DNA of 34,519 nt from Nitrospinaceae bacterium (GCA_046754465.1 JBHHVU010000032.1:1-34519); one strand, 5' to 3'. Positions 9,007 through 19,950 are shown, numbered from the stretch's first letter. Notes: generated by a model from the letters alone, not told the origin. Numbers and translations are program-made.

Positions 9007-10647
9007 ATGGAACTGTCAATCGGTCTGATCACCCTCAACGCGAAATACATCCATTCCTCGCTCAGTCTGAGGTATCTGAGGAACGCCGCCCGGAGAGCGG
9101 GATACAAAAACGTATGGATCCGGGAATACGTCATCAACCAGCCCACGTGGCAAATCGCGGCGGAAATCCGGAAATGCCGTCCGGACGTGCTGGGGTTGAG
9201 CGTTTATATCTGGAACCGAGCCCAGAGTTTCGAACTGATCGAACGATTGAAAAAACACGATCCCTCACTCGGCATCGTCCTCGGCGGTCCGGAAATCTCT
9301 TTTGAGCCCGGACTTTCGGAGGACTATACGCTGATCTCCGGCGAGGGTGAAAACAAGTGGGTGGAGTATCTCAACTACCGGCGCCGCGGTGAAACACCCC
9401 CTGCCCCGGTTTTAAACAGGTGGAACACGTATGGCGAGGATGCGCCGGACCTCTTGCCGCCCTACATCGAAGAGGATTACCCGGATTTGCGGGACCGGAT
9501 CGTCTATTTCGAAACTTCCCGGGGGTGCCCCTACCTTTGCTCCTTTTGTCTATCGGCGCTCGACAAGACCGTGCGCTATTTCGAGGAGGAATCGGTGAAC
9601 CGCCAGATCGGGCAACTGGTCCGCGCGGGTGTCAAGCGCATCAAATTCGTCGACCGCACCTTCAACCTGAAGCCGCAACGCATGCGGGAACTCATGCGGC
9701 GGCTGTCGCGCTTCCAGGGGGTTTCCTTCCATTTCGAGGTGGTCGCCGAACTTTTGAGTCCGGACCTTCTGGCTTTCCTGGCCACCGTCCCCGAAGGAAT
9801 GTTTCAATTTGAAATCGGCATCCAGACTACTTCCGGGGACACGCAATCCCTCATCCAACGCAGACAGAACAACGAAAAGCTCTTCGGCACCCTCCGCGAA
9901 CTGGTGCGCCAGAACCGCATTCATTTCCATTGCGACCTCATCTTCGGGCTGCCCGGGGAAACCCTGGAGGACAACCTGAAATCGTTCGAGGAGGTGATGG
10001 CGCTAAAACCGCATGAGCTTCAGCTCGGATTCTTGAAATTTCTTCCCGGCGCGCCGATCCGGTCCCTGATCGAAGACCACCGGTATGAGTTTCAATCCAC
10101 GCCCCCCTACGAGGTGATTTCCCATAAAGACCTTTCGGCGGACGATATCCTTTATCTGAAGAAATTCTGTGAGGTCTTCGACCTGTTTTACAATTCCAAA
10201 CGGTTTCGATTTTCCATCGACCGCCTGCTCGGAAGCTGGGGCGCCGTGGACCTGTTCCATTATCTCCTCGAGTACATGGAGCGCAGGAACCTGCTTTTCC
10301 GGTCCCATTCGCTGGAAGACCAATACCGGATTTTTTTCGACGCCTTTTCCCTGGAGACCCAACCCGCCGGGGCCGATCTTTTGAAACTGGATTATCTTTA
10401 TGCCCAGCGGACTTACCATCTTCCGCGTTTTATGAGAACGCTTGCCCCGCCTCATCATCCATCCGGAACAAAGACCTGGCCGGGTGACGGGAAAACGCTC
10501 ATGGTCCCTTTCCGCCACGAGATCCTGTTTCATAACGGCGACGTTTCCCTGAAACCCTCGTCGGGCCCCTGTTATTATGCCATTGTGCATCCGCGCGAAA
10601 ATTCCGGATACCTGCGGCAACCCGCCATCACAAGGGTATTGGACTGA
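9007..10647 (+). CDS. B12-binding-domain radical SAM protein (DUF4080-type C-terminus likely)
   Basis: LNAKYIHSSLSLRYL and SVYIWN in the N-terminal domain, GGPE, ETSRGCPYLCSFC (CxxxCxxC), FVDRTFN, DLIFGLPGE. Confidence 0.88.
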   Translation: MELSIGLITLNAKYIHSSLSLRYLRNAARRAGYKNVWIREYVINQPTWQIAAEIRKCRPDVLGLSVYIWNRAQSFELIERLKKHDPSLGIVLGGPEISFEPGLSEDYTLISGEGENKWVEYLNYRRRGETPPAPVLNRWNTYGEDAPDLLPPYIEEDYPDLRDRIVYFETSRGCPYLCSFCLSALDKTVRYFEEESVNRQIGQLVRAGVKRIKFVDRTFNLKPQRMRELMRRLSRFQGVSFHFEVVAELLSPDLLAFLATVPEGMFQFEIGIQTTSGDTQSLIQRRQNNEKLFGTLRELVRQNRIHFHCDLIFGLPGETLEDNLKSFEEVMALKPHELQLGFLKFLPGAPIRSLIEDHRYEFQSTPPYEVISHKDLSADDILYLKKFCEVFDLFYNSKRFRFSIDRLLGSWGAVDLFHYLLEYMERRNLLFRSHSLEDQYRIFFDAFSLETQPAGADLLKLDYLYAQRTYHLPRFMRTLAPPHHPSGTKTWPGDGKTLMVPFRHEILFHNGDVSLKPSSGPCYYAIVHPRENSGYLRQPAITRVLD

Positions 10648-10662
10648 CCCGGCAAGAATTTA

Positions 10663-10691
10663 TTTCCAAAACCGTTGCAACGGTATATGAT
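10663..10691 (+). promoter_or_regulatory. Putative ilvD promoter with a 14-bp perfect palindrome in the spacer
   Basis: TTTCCA (10663-10668), 17 nt, TATGAT (10686-10691); ACCGTTGCAACGGT at 10671-10684. Confidence 0.45.
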
Positions 10692-10756
10692 AAGAATCTC
10701 AAAGTAATAACCCGTTCGAAAATCAATTCCCATTTTGGGTTTCACAGGAGAAAACC

Positions 10757-12448
10757 ATGCCGGAAAAGTCCTCCCGCCCCTTGAACCATAAAAGCCGCAC
10801 CATCACCCAGGGAGACAAACGGGCTCCCAATCGCGCCATGCTGCGCGCGGTGGGATTCACGGACCCGGATTTCGACAAACCGATTATCGGGGTGGCCAAC
10901 GGGCAGAGCGACATCACCCCTTGCAACGCCGGACTGGGGAAACTGGCGGATCTCGCCACCGGAGAAATACGCTTGAAAGGGGGCATGCCGCAAATGTTCG
11001 GCACGATCACCGTGAGTGACGGAATTTCCATGGGAACCGAAGGGATGAAATGTTCGCTGGTGAGCCGGGAGGTCATCGCCGATTCCATCGAAACGGTCTG
11101 CCGGGCGGCCAACCTGGACGCAGTGATCTGCATCGGCGGCTGCGACAAAAACATGCCCGGAGCGGTGATGGCAATGGCCCGTATGGACATCCCCGGGATA
11201 TTCGTTTACGGCGGGACCATCAAACCCGGTCACCTGCGCGGGACCGATCTGACGGTGGTCAGCGCCTTCGAGGCGGTGGGACAGTTCAGCGCCGGCAAAA
11301 TCGGCCGCGACGAGTTGAACGATATCGAGAAAAACGCCTGCCCGGGCTATGGGTCCTGCGGGGGCATGTTTACGGCCAACACCATGTCTTCCGCCATCGA
11401 GGCCATGGGGCTCAGCCTGCCCTACAGTTCAACGATGTCCAACGAGGACAAGGAGAAGGAAACGAACACCCGGCAAAGCGCCGCGGCCCTGTTCCACATG
11501 CTCGAAAACGACATCCTGCCGCGCCGCATCGTCACCCGCAAGGCGTTGGAAAACGCCATCGCCGTGGTGATGGCCGTGGGGGGATCGACCAACGCCGTGC
11601 TCCATTTGCTGGCCATCGCCCACTCCCTGGAGGTGGAGTTGAAGATCGACGATTTCGAAACGATCCGCAAAAAAGTGCCCCATTTCTGCGACCTCAAACC
11701 CTCCGGGAAATACGTGACCGTCGACCTCCACCAGGCGGGGGGAATCCCCCTGGTCATGAAAATGCTTTTGAACGCGGGCCTGATCCACGGCGACTGCCTG
11801 ACCGTCACCGGAAAAACCGTCGAGGAAAATTTGCGGGACGTCCCCGGCCAGCCCGACTCCCGGCAGGATGTCATCCTGCCCCTCGACCGGCCCAAATCCC
11901 CAGAAGGTCACCTGGTGATCCTGAAAGGCAACCTCTCTCCCGAGGGGGCGGTCGCTAAAATTTCGGGAATCAAGACCCGGCGCATCGAAGGACCGGCCCG
12001 GATTTTCGATTCCGAGGAAGAGTGCCTGGACGCGATCATCCAGAACCGGATCAATGAGGGGGATGTCGTGGTCATCCGTTACGAGGGCCCCAAGGGGGGC
12101 CCGGGTATGCGCGAAATGCTCGCACCCACCTCCGCCCTGATCGGGGAAGGGCTGGGAGATAAAGTGGCGCTGATCACCGACGGGAGGTTTTCCGGCGGGA
12201 CGTATGGGATCGTGGTGGGCCACGTCGCCCCCGAAGCCCAGACCGGGGGGTTGATCGCCCTGCTGGAGGAAGGGGACCGGATTTGCATCGATATCGATCG
12301 ACGGGTCCTCGAGGCGCGTTTGACCGATGAAGTGGTCCAGGCCCGCAAGGGAAAATGGAGCCCCCCGCCCATCAAATACCAATCCGGCGCATTGGCCAAA
12401 TACGCCAAACTCGTGTCATCCGCTTCCCGGGGGGCGGTCACCGATTGA
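10757..12448 (+). CDS. ilvD: Dihydroxy-acid dehydratase
   Basis: [55 protein letters not shown]. Confidence 0.96.
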   Translation: MPEKSSRPLNHKSRTITQGDKRAPNRAMLRAVGFTDPDFDKPIIGVANGQSDITPCNAGLGKLADLATGEIRLKGGMPQMFGTITVSDGISMGTEGMKCSLVSREVIADSIETVCRAANLDAVICIGGCDKNMPGAVMAMARMDIPGIFVYGGTIKPGHLRGTDLTVVSAFEAVGQFSAGKIGRDELNDIEKNACPGYGSCGGMFTANTMSSAIEAMGLSLPYSSTMSNEDKEKETNTRQSAAALFHMLENDILPRRIVTRKALENAIAVVMAVGGSTNAVLHLLAIAHSLEVELKIDDFETIRKKVPHFCDLKPSGKYVTVDLHQAGGIPLVMKMLLNAGLIHGDCLTVTGKTVEENLRDVPGQPDSRQDVILPLDRPKSPEGHLVILKGNLSPEGAVAKISGIKTRRIEGPARIFDSEEECLDAIIQNRINEGDVVVIRYEGPKGGPGMREMLAPTSALIGEGLGDKVALITDGRFSGGTYGIVVGHVAPEAQTGGLIALLEEGDRICIDIDRRVLEARLTDEVVQARKGKWSPPPIKYQSGALAKYAKLVSSASRGAVTD

Positions 12449-12458
12449 TCCTACGCCC

Positions 12459-13412
12459 ATGAACGCGGTCAACAAACTACCCGAACACCTGTTCGAGGAG
12501 GACGGGAAAATCAACCTTTACTACCTGCACGAATCCTTCAAGGGAATCGCCAGGGTGGCCGCGGACCGGCTTCAAGCGGAGCAACAAATCGACATCCCCA
12601 TTACCGCGGGAATGTGGGGAGGGTCCTACCTGATCGCAGATGAGACCGGGAAGGCGCGCACGAACGTGGTGCGTCTTTACAGCATCGTCAACCTGCCCCA
12701 GGGAAGCCCCCTGGACGACCCCGATAAATTCGAAAAGCTAATTAAAATATATCACCAGACCTTCCGCCATACTTTTTTCCAATACGGGCTCGACCTGGTG
12801 GATCCAAGGTGGGGAGAACCCATCCCCTACACCAACAAAATCAGGCCCACCACCACACTGCAAATGTGGGATTCCAGCAAACGCGTCAAGTTCGTGCGGG
12901 CGTTCTTTGTCTGGAACACCGCGCCCTGGGAGGAATCCATCGTCTATGACATGGTCCGCAATATCAAGCAGATCAAGGAACTGCTGGATTTGAACAAGCG
13001 TCCTGCCCGTAAAACCAGCGAGGAACTCAAGTTTTTGTTGCAAGATGTCCTGATCATTTATTTCACCTTGCGTCCGGCGATGACGCCGGATTTCCTGCAA
13101 CATGCCCAGCCCGTCATCGATGAATTACTCAACCACTTTCTCAAGGGAATGCGTGATGACGAACTGATCGAGGAGCAATTCTACAAGGTATATTCCAGTG
13201 CCCTGGTTTACGGTTATGAGGAAGCCTTGGAAGGGCCTTACAAGGAGGACGATCTGGATATCCACCGAATCGAGGAATGGCCGGTTGAAAAAATCAACTG
13301 GGTTCCCCAAAAGCTCAAGGAAAGGCTGGGACCCTATTTGCGGGAAACGTTTCAGACCTTCAGGAACAACCTGGAACAGAAAAAACAAAAGAGCCCGCCG
13401 ATTTCTCCCTGA
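12459..13412 (+). CDS. Hypothetical protein (~317 aa), probably co-transcribed with ilvD
   Basis: Long ORF with host-like codon usage. ATG 12459 lies 10 nt after the ilvD stop; the track start at 12327 overlaps ilvD. No motif recognised. Confidence 0.75.
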   Translation: MNAVNKLPEHLFEEDGKINLYYLHESFKGIARVAADRLQAEQQIDIPITAGMWGGSYLIADETGKARTNVVRLYSIVNLPQGSPLDDPDKFEKLIKIYHQTFRHTFFQYGLDLVDPRWGEPIPYTNKIRPTTTLQMWDSSKRVKFVRAFFVWNTAPWEESIVYDMVRNIKQIKELLDLNKRPARKTSEELKFLLQDVLIIYFTLRPAMTPDFLQHAQPVIDELLNHFLKGMRDDELIEEQFYKVYSSALVYGYEEALEGPYKEDDLDIHRIEEWPVEKINWVPQKLKERLGPYLRETFQTFRNNLEQKKQKSPPISP

Positions 13413-13442
13413 CGTTTTCTTTTTCCATCCCCAGCGGGAGAA

Positions 13443-14270
13443 CTACCCGAACCGCAAAAGAATCCAACCCGCGATTCCCTTTTGCCCATTGCGTTCCCGG
13501 TTGGCGCCATCCCAAACGGCCACCGCCATTTGCATGGAATGCCTGAACTGGACATCCAGGGAATCGGCATCCGTCAGCGAGCGCTTGAAGATCACCCGCC
13601 ATCGCTTGTCCCGCCACAACCCCCTGCCCTTGACATCCTGCTGTTCCTGGATGGTGAGCGTGCTGAATCCTTCGGCATTCAAATCCTCAACGGGGGACAC
13701 CCGGTCCTGAAGAAAATTTCCCCGTTCGCGCAGCCGCTTATTCCTTCCCGATCGGCCCTCCTTTTCCCAGATCGCTTTCCACTGCCAGATATTGACGGTC
13801 TGATTTTCATTCCCCATGGTGATCGACGGAGCATCCTTCCGGGCCACCAGGGGAAACATCAACGCCGCCTGGTCGGTATAATAATCCGAGGGACCATAAC
13901 GGTTGTCCACCGTGGGGTCCTCCCACTCCATCAAAATCGCGATCCCGCCCTTATTCCGGACCGCTCCCAAAGTCACTTTTTTAATAGCCGGATCGGGCCA
14001 TTTTGGATTGGTGATCATTTGCGGGCCCAGTTCAACGGTGATCGTATCCGGACCCCGGGGCGAATCCCAAAAGGGGTCATCGGGGTTGAGGGGCAGGTTG
14101 CCGGGAATATCCCGGACCTCGAGCGCCGCGATACAACTCCCCTCCTCCAGACAAGCTTCCACCTCGGCGCCACTCGGGGAGCAGGCCGCCAGGCCCAAGA
14201 GGGCTCCCACGGTCAAAATGGCGGCTCCCAAAGCACCGGGCCGCAACAGGATCGATAAAGTTTTCAACAT
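13443..14270 (-). CDS. Ethylbenzene-dehydrogenase-gamma / NxrC-like heme b (DOMON-fold) lipoprotein
   Basis: Hydrophobic leader with lipobox LAAC; MEWEDPT, DQAALMFP, ITMGN (Met ligand), VNIWQWKA, AEGFSTLT, WRVIFKRSL, AVWDGANRERNGQK (Lys ligand). Confidence 0.85.
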   Translation of the reverse strand: MLKTLSILLRPGALGAAILTVGALLGLAACSPSGAEVEACLEEGSCIAALEVRDIPGNLPLNPDDPFWDSPRGPDTITVELGPQMITNPKWPDPAIKKVTLGAVRNKGGIAILMEWEDPTVDNRYGPSDYYTDQAALMFPLVARKDAPSITMGNENQTVNIWQWKAIWEKEGRSGRNKRLRERGNFLQDRVSPVEDLNAEGFSTLTIQEQQDVKGRGLWRDKRWRVIFKRSLTDADSLDVQFRHSMQMAVAVWDGANRERNGQKGIAGWILLRFG

Positions 14271-14298
14271 TCCTTTCAAGGAAACCTTTCCGCCCTAT

Positions 14299-15609
14299 TT
14301 AAAAGGACTTCGCGATTTTTTCCAGTTCTTCCTTGATTTGTGGTGTATAGGGACCCACAAGGATAACATTAAGTTTTTCGGCAACAAAGATTTTTCGGGC
14401 GACGTTCAGGACATCCTCAACCGTGATTTTTTCGACGCGAGCCCATTCCTCATCCGCTGAAATCTCCCGCGAATAGAGCCGCGAAAATCCGTACCGCACG
14501 ATCTGTTTGCAGGGATCGTCCCGGTCAAAATCCAGGTCGAAATAATACCGTCGTTTCACGTGGTCCAGTTCCTCCCGCGCCGGCCCGGTTTCCAGGAAAG
14601 TTCTGATCTCCTGAAACAGGATTTTGATCACCTCGCAGATTTTCTCGGGGCGCACGGTCACATCAAAATCCACCGTACCGGTATCCGAAAGGCTGGTCAC
14701 CCGGCATTCCACGGAATAGACCAGGCCCCGGTCCTCACGCAGCGCCCTTTGCAGGCGGGAGGTGTAGCCGTCGTCAAATATGCGGTTGATCAGACAAAGC
14801 ACATAATAGTCCGGATGGTTGTAGGAAATGGACCGGAAACAAATTTGCAGTTGGACCTGGCTGTCGGAATCGTATTGGAACAGGACCTGGGTATCTTTCT
14901 GATCCTCCTTCATGCTGCATTGGAAATATTGTTTTGAAACCGGGCTCGCCCCATTGGGAAGAACAGAGAAATACTTTTTCACCAGACTTGAAAAATTGTC
15001 ATGGCGAATCGGTCCGGCGCCCACCAGGACCATGTTTGCGGGAATATAATACGTTTTGAAGTAATCCCGCAACAACCCTTCGGTGATCGATTTGATGGTT
15101 TTTTCATTTCCAACGGTCGGCAAAGCCAACGGGGTTCCTGGGTAAATCAATTGACAGGCCTGATTGTCGATATCCACGTTTTCGCCATTTTCGTTGAGTT
15201 CTTCCAGATATTCCTCCAAAATGATTTCGCGTTCCAGGTCGATCTGGGGAAAGGTGGGATCGGTAAAAAAGGCCGCGAACAATTCCACCGCCTTCTCCAC
15301 CTGGGAAATGTGGGGGGTGAAACCGTAATAGGTATATTCACTGAGAGTCGAGGCGCGCAGCTCCCTGCCGATAGCCTCGAATTCCCGGTTCAAAAGAATC
15401 GAATCGGGAAATTGTTTATTGCCCCGGAACATCATGTGTTCCAGAAAATGGGAAATGCCATTATTTTTCTCGTTTTCAAACCGGAGTCCGGCACGAACGA
15501 ACATGGCGATTTCCATCGTATGGATGTGCGGCATTTCAATCGTGACCACAGTCAATCCATTTGGCAAAACATCGGTATAGTTTTTCAGATCGGGTTCGGT
15601 TAAATTCAT
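14299..15609 (-). CDS. M16 family (pitrilysin/insulinase) zinc peptidase
   Basis: LPNGLTV, GISHFLEHMMFRG (HxxEH), EREIILEE, SRLQRALREDRGLVYSV. ATG 15609 preferred. Confidence 0.92.
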   Translation of the reverse strand: MNLTEPDLKNYTDVLPNGLTVVTIEMPHIHTMEIAMFVRAGLRFENEKNNGISHFLEHMMFRGNKQFPDSILLNREFEAIGRELRASTLSEYTYYGFTPHISQVEKAVELFAAFFTDPTFPQIDLEREIILEEYLEELNENGENVDIDNQACQLIYPGTPLALPTVGNEKTIKSITEGLLRDYFKTYYIPANMVLVGAGPIRHDNFSSLVKKYFSVLPNGASPVSKQYFQCSMKEDQKDTQVLFQYDSDSQVQLQICFRSISYNHPDYYVLCLINRIFDDGYTSRLQRALREDRGLVYSVECRVTSLSDTGTVDFDVTVRPEKICEVIKILFQEIRTFLETGPAREELDHVKRRYYFDLDFDRDDPCKQIVRYGFSRLYSREISADEEWARVEKITVEDVLNVARKIFVAEKLNVILVGPYTPQIKEELEKIAKSF

Positions 15610-15809
15610 AAATTTTTCCGGGGTGCAAGGATCCCTGCAACCTATTATTTCATTTGCGGGAACGGGTGTGGAAAATTCCATTATCGCACAAGCCGTAAGA
15701 GCCAGACCCAAAAAGATCGGGATAAAACCCAAGACGCGTTTTTCCTCGGTGCGCGGAACGGATCGAACCCCGCAGAATCATTTAACCCTTTAGCATCCCC
15801 CCGGACCCC

Positions 15810-16448
15810 ATGGAAATTGCCACCTGGGCCGCCCAGGATTTTGAAATCGGAATGGATTATGTGGAGGACCACGAAGAGCAGGCCACCGCCTCGGCCCTCC
15901 TCGAAACGGACCGGGGGTTGAAGGTGATCCTGCCAAAGGGCCTGCCGGCCCTGGGGGTTCATTTCCTGGGAATTTACATGATGGCTCCCCTATTGCTGTT
16001 CATGGCGGTGCTCGCCTGGCTCCTCTTCGTTATCTGGAGTTCCGCCGAGAGCCTCACCCTCGCCCGCGTCCTGTGGTCCCTCCTTTGTCTCGGCCTTTTC
16101 TGGGGACTTACCCGGGCGCTAAAACTCCTTCTGACGAACCGGGAACTGTTCCCCCGGCGTCACTTCGTCACGTTGGGGGACCGGGGAATCGCCATGCATT
16201 TTTCCCGCCTGCACTTTCTCCCAGGCGGTTCCAGGACGGCCATCCCGTGGAAAGAGGTTCGATCGGTTCAAAGAAATAAAATGTTATTTCCTCCTGCCTG
16301 GTTGATGGGGGTCCCGCGGGTACCTGCCCTGGAAGTGGTTTCCGCCCGGGGCGAAAAAGTCCGAATTCCGTTTCATCCCTCCAAGACGCAGCCGAATCCG
16401 GATCTGGAGAAGGCCGAACAATGGATCCGGCAAAAAATGAAAACCTGA
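15810..16448 (+). CDS. Hypothetical membrane protein
   Basis: 212-aa ORF with two hydrophobic segments followed by a basic soluble domain; fills the gap between the M16 gene and dnaE. Confidence 0.65.
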   Translation: MEIATWAAQDFEIGMDYVEDHEEQATASALLETDRGLKVILPKGLPALGVHFLGIYMMAPLLLFMAVLAWLLFVIWSSAESLTLARVLWSLLCLGLFWGLTRALKLLLTNRELFPRRHFVTLGDRGIAMHFSRLHFLPGGSRTAIPWKEVRSVQRNKMLFPPAWLMGVPRVPALEVVSARGEKVRIPFHPSKTQPNPDLEKAEQWIRQKMKT

Positions 16449-16479
16449 ACACGGGTTTCAGGACATCCTTCCTCTTTTT

Positions 16480-19400
16480 CTATTCAAACAGGATCGCATC
16501 TTCTCCCAAAACCGCCTGGATGGCTTGAATGACCTCATCTGACGGCTGGACCCGGAGCCCCTCATCGACACTGATAATTTTGGTCTGGTTGTTGGGGAAA
16601 TCGAAATGCAACTGGGTTTCGTTTTCACCCTTGTGCGCCGCTAGAATATTTTTTACCTGGAGGAGGGTCTCTCGTTCCAGTCCCGGAGTTCTGAGGTGAA
16701 TATGGACTTTCCCCTTAAAATGTTTTTTGGCTTCCGCAAGGGGAATGATTTCATGGGCGATTACCTTGGGGAAATTTCCATCCGAATCCACCGTTCCCTT
16801 GACGAGGACAGGTTCGTCCTGGAGCAGAAGATACTCCACCGCAGAGAAGATTTCCGGCCAGAGAATGACTTCCACCGATCCTTGCAAATCCTCAAGCGTC
16901 ACGATCCCCATCTTTTCGCCTTTCCGGGTGGTCTTGGTCAACACCTTGATGGGAATTCCCGCGATGCTCACGGACCCACCGCTGGGAGACTCGCCGATGA
17001 CGGCGGAGTTCCCATCGGTAAACCAGGCCAGGTCCTTGTGGAACCGTTCCAGCGGATGACCGGTGATGTAAAATCCAATGGTCTCCTTTTCGTATTTCAA
17101 CTTTTCTTGCTCGTTCCACTCCTCCACGCTTTCCTGGGTCCCTTCCATGCCCCCCGCCTGTTCATCAAAAACATCGAACATGTTGGACTGCCCCAGCAGA
17201 CGGTCCCGCTGTTTGGCTTGCGCCATTTCCATGGTGGCCTGTAAATGCCGCATCATTCCGGCGCGGGTTTCTTCCAGGGAGTCACAGGCCCCGCTTTTGA
17301 CCAGGCTTTCGATCACCCGTTTATTGACCTGCCGCAAATCGACAAATTCACAGAACTGTTTGAAGGAGGTGAATCGGCCCAGTTGTTCGCGGATTTCCAT
17401 GATGGAATCGATGGCGGCCGCGCCAACGTTTTTGATCGCCCCCATGCCAAAGAGCAGTTTATTTTCGGCTATGGAAAAATCCCTGCCGCTGGTGTTCACG
17501 TCCGGCGGTTGCACACTGATCCCCATCTCGCGGCAATCGTGAATGTAACGGAGGACCTTATCGGCGTTATCCATTTCGCTGGTGATCAGGGCGCCAAAAA
17601 ATTCCAACGGGTAATGCGCCTTGAGATAGGCGGTTTGATAAGAGATCTGGGCGTACGCCGCGCTGTGGGATTTATTAAATCCATATCCCGAAAACTTTTC
17701 CATGAGATTAAAAATCCGGTCCCCTTTTTTATCGGGGATACGGTTTTTACGGCAGCCCTGCATGAACTTTTCCCGCTGGGCGGCCATCTCCTGCGGTTTC
17801 TTTTTTCCCATGGCCCGGCGCAACAGGTCGGCATCCCCCAGGCTGAACCCCGCCAGCACGCTGGCGATTTTCATCACCTGTTCCTGGTAAAGGATAACAC
17901 CGTGGGTTTCCTTGAGGATGGCCTCTAACTGTGGCAAGTCGTATTGTTCCCGCAGGGTGCCATGCTTGCGTTTGATGTAGTCATCCACCATCCCGCTTTC
18001 CAGCGGGCCGGGACGGTACAGAGCCAGCAGCGCAATGATGTCCTCGAAGCAGTCTGGCTTCATTTTTTTGAGCAGGTCGCGCATTCCGGAGCTTTCCAGT
18101 TGGAAAACCCCCAGCGTGCGGGCCTGGCCCAGAAGTTCATAGGTTTCAGCATCCTTCTTGGAAATCGTGGAAAGGTCCAGATCGACCCCCCGGGATTTTT
18201 TGAGGAGTTTTTTCGTATTGTCGATAACGGTCAGCGTCTTGAGCCCCAGGAAATCCATTTTCAACAGACCCAATTTTTCCACACTGTTCATGGAAAACTG
18301 AGTCACCACATCATCGTTTCCGCCTTTGTAAAGGGGCAGGAATTTCGTCAAGGGCTCTGAGGAGATGACCACCCCCGCCGCGTGGGTGGAACAATGCCTG
18401 GGGAGCCCTTCCAGGTTCACGGCGATGTCCAGAAGCTCGGCGACCTTTTCCTGTTCCTTTTTCATTTGCCCGAACCGGGGTTCTTCCTTGAACGCCTCTC
18501 GAAGGGTGATGTTCAAGCGATTGGGAACCAGTTTGGCGAGTTTATCCACTTCCCCGTAGGTCATGTCCAATACCCGTCCCACGTCGCGGATCACGCCCTT
18601 GGCGTTCATGCTTCCGAAAGTAATGATCTGCGAGACGTTCTGAATGCCGCCGTATTTATCGGTGACGTAGCGGATGACCTCATCCCGTTTTTCCATACAG
18701 AAATCGATATCGATATCCGGCATGGTCACCCGTTCCGGATTCAAAAACCTTTCAAACAGAAGCCCGTATTGAAGCGGATCGATATCGGTGATTCGCAAGG
18801 AATATGCGACGAGACTTCCGGCGGCCGACCCGCGCCCGGGACCCACCGGAATATGTTTACTCCTGGCGTGATGGATAAAATCCCACACAATGAGGAAGTA
18901 TCCGGGATACCCCATCTTGCGAATGATTTCCAACTCCTCCTCCAACCGTTGCCCATAGGTCTCCCGGTCAAAAGCCATGCCGGTACGTTCCATTTCCTCC
19001 AAACGCGCCTTCAGACCCATTCGCGCCTTTTCATCCAGATAAGTCTCCAAGGTATAATTTTCCGGGATGGGGTATTCCGGCAGATTGAGACGGTCGAAAT
19101 CGAGGTTCAAATTGCAGCGCTCCGCAATCCGCAGCGTATTTTCGACGGCTTCCGGAACCTCCTGGAACAGTTCGATCATCTCCTCCGGCGATTTGAAATA
19201 ATATTCGTCGGAGGGATACTGCATCCGGTAAGGATCCGTGATGGTTTTCCCCGTCTGCAAACACAAAAGAATTTCATGGGCGCGATAGTCGGTGCGGTCC
19301 AGATAATGGCAATTGTTGGTCGCCACCAGGGGAAGAGAGAGTTGCTTGCCGATGCGGATCAATTCCGCGTTGACTTGTTTCTGGTAGTCCAACTTGTGGT

Positions 19401-19941
19401 CCTGGAGTTCGAGAAAGAAATTATCCTCTCCCATGATATCCCGGTATTGATCGGCGATCTTCAGGGCCCGGGGGATATTTTTCCGGTGGACATTCCAGGC
19501 CACCTCACCCCGGCCGCAGGAACTCAGCGCGATCAGTCCCCCGGAATGCCGTGCCAGCAGTTCCTTATCGATCCGCGGTTTGTAGTAAAACCCTTCCAGG
19601 TAGCCCGCGGTAACCAGGCTGATCAGATTTCTGTAACCCGTTTCATTCTGGGCCAGAAGGATTAAATGGTGGGAGGCGTCGCGCAGGTTGTGATTGGAAG
19701 ACTTTTCTAACCGGCTCTCCGGCGCCACGTAGACCTCACAACCGATGATGGGTTTCAAACCATGGTTTCTGGCGCCGTTGTAGAACTCGACCGCGCCAAA
19801 CAGGTTTCCATGGTCGGTCATGGCGATGGCGGGCATTTTATATTGCACCGCCCGCTTGAAAAGGGCCTCATGCCTGAGAGACGAGTCGAGCAGGCTGTAA
19901 AAGGTGTGCAGATGCAAATGAACGAAATTGGCGGGTCCCAT
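16480..19941 (-). CDS. dnaE: DNA polymerase III subunit alpha
   Basis: PHP domain FVHLHLHTFYSLLD, TDHGNLFG, GRGSAAGS, PDIDIDF, KMDFLGL, YGFNKSHSAAY. Confidence 0.97.
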   Translation of the reverse strand: MGPANFVHLHLHTFYSLLDSSLRHEALFKRAVQYKMPAIAMTDHGNLFGAVEFYNGARNHGLKPIIGCEVYVAPESRLEKSSNHNLRDASHHLILLAQNETGYRNLISLVTAGYLEGFYYKPRIDKELLARHSGGLIALSSCGRGEVAWNVHRKNIPRALKIADQYRDIMGEDNFFLELQDHKLDYQKQVNAELIRIGKQLSLPLVATNNCHYLDRTDYRAHEILLCLQTGKTITDPYRMQYPSDEYYFKSPEEMIELFQEVPEAVENTLRIAERCNLNLDFDRLNLPEYPIPENYTLETYLDEKARMGLKARLEEMERTGMAFDRETYGQRLEEELEIIRKMGYPGYFLIVWDFIHHARSKHIPVGPGRGSAAGSLVAYSLRITDIDPLQYGLLFERFLNPERVTMPDIDIDFCMEKRDEVIRYVTDKYGGIQNVSQIITFGSMNAKGVIRDVGRVLDMTYGEVDKLAKLVPNRLNITLREAFKEEPRFGQMKKEQEKVAELLDIAVNLEGLPRHCSTHAAGVVISSEPLTKFLPLYKGGNDDVVTQFSMNSVEKLGLLKMDFLGLKTLTVIDNTKKLLKKSRGVDLDLSTISKKDAETYELLGQARTLGVFQLESSGMRDLLKKMKPDCFEDIIALLALYRPGPLESGMVDDYIKRKHGTLREQYDLPQLEAILKETHGVILYQEQVMKIASVLAGFSLGDADLLRRAMGKKKPQEMAAQREKFMQGCRKNRIPDKKGDRIFNLMEKFSGYGFNKSHSAAYAQISYQTAYLKAHYPLEFFGALITSEMDNADKVLRYIHDCREMGISVQPPDVNTSGRDFSIAENKLLFGMGAIKNVGAAAIDSIMEIREQLGRFTSFKQFCEFVDLRQVNKRVIESLVKSGACDSLEETRAGMMRHLQATMEMAQAKQRDRLLGQSNMFDVFDEQAGGMEGTQESVEEWNEQEKLKYEKETIGFYITGHPLERFHKDLAWFTDGNSAVIGESPSGGSVSIAGIPIKVLTKTTRKGEKMGIVTLEDLQGSVEVILWPEIFSAVEYLLLQDEPVLVKGTVDSDGNFPKVIAHEIIPLAEAKKHFKGKVHIHLRTPGLERETLLQVKNILAAHKGENETQLHFDFPNNQTKIISVDEGLRVQPSDEVIQAIQAVLGEDAILFE

Positions 19942-19950
19942 GATGGCTTC

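Noticed and set aside
16480..19941. Intein or split in dnaE
   Set aside because: Length (1153 aa) and motif spacing are ordinary.
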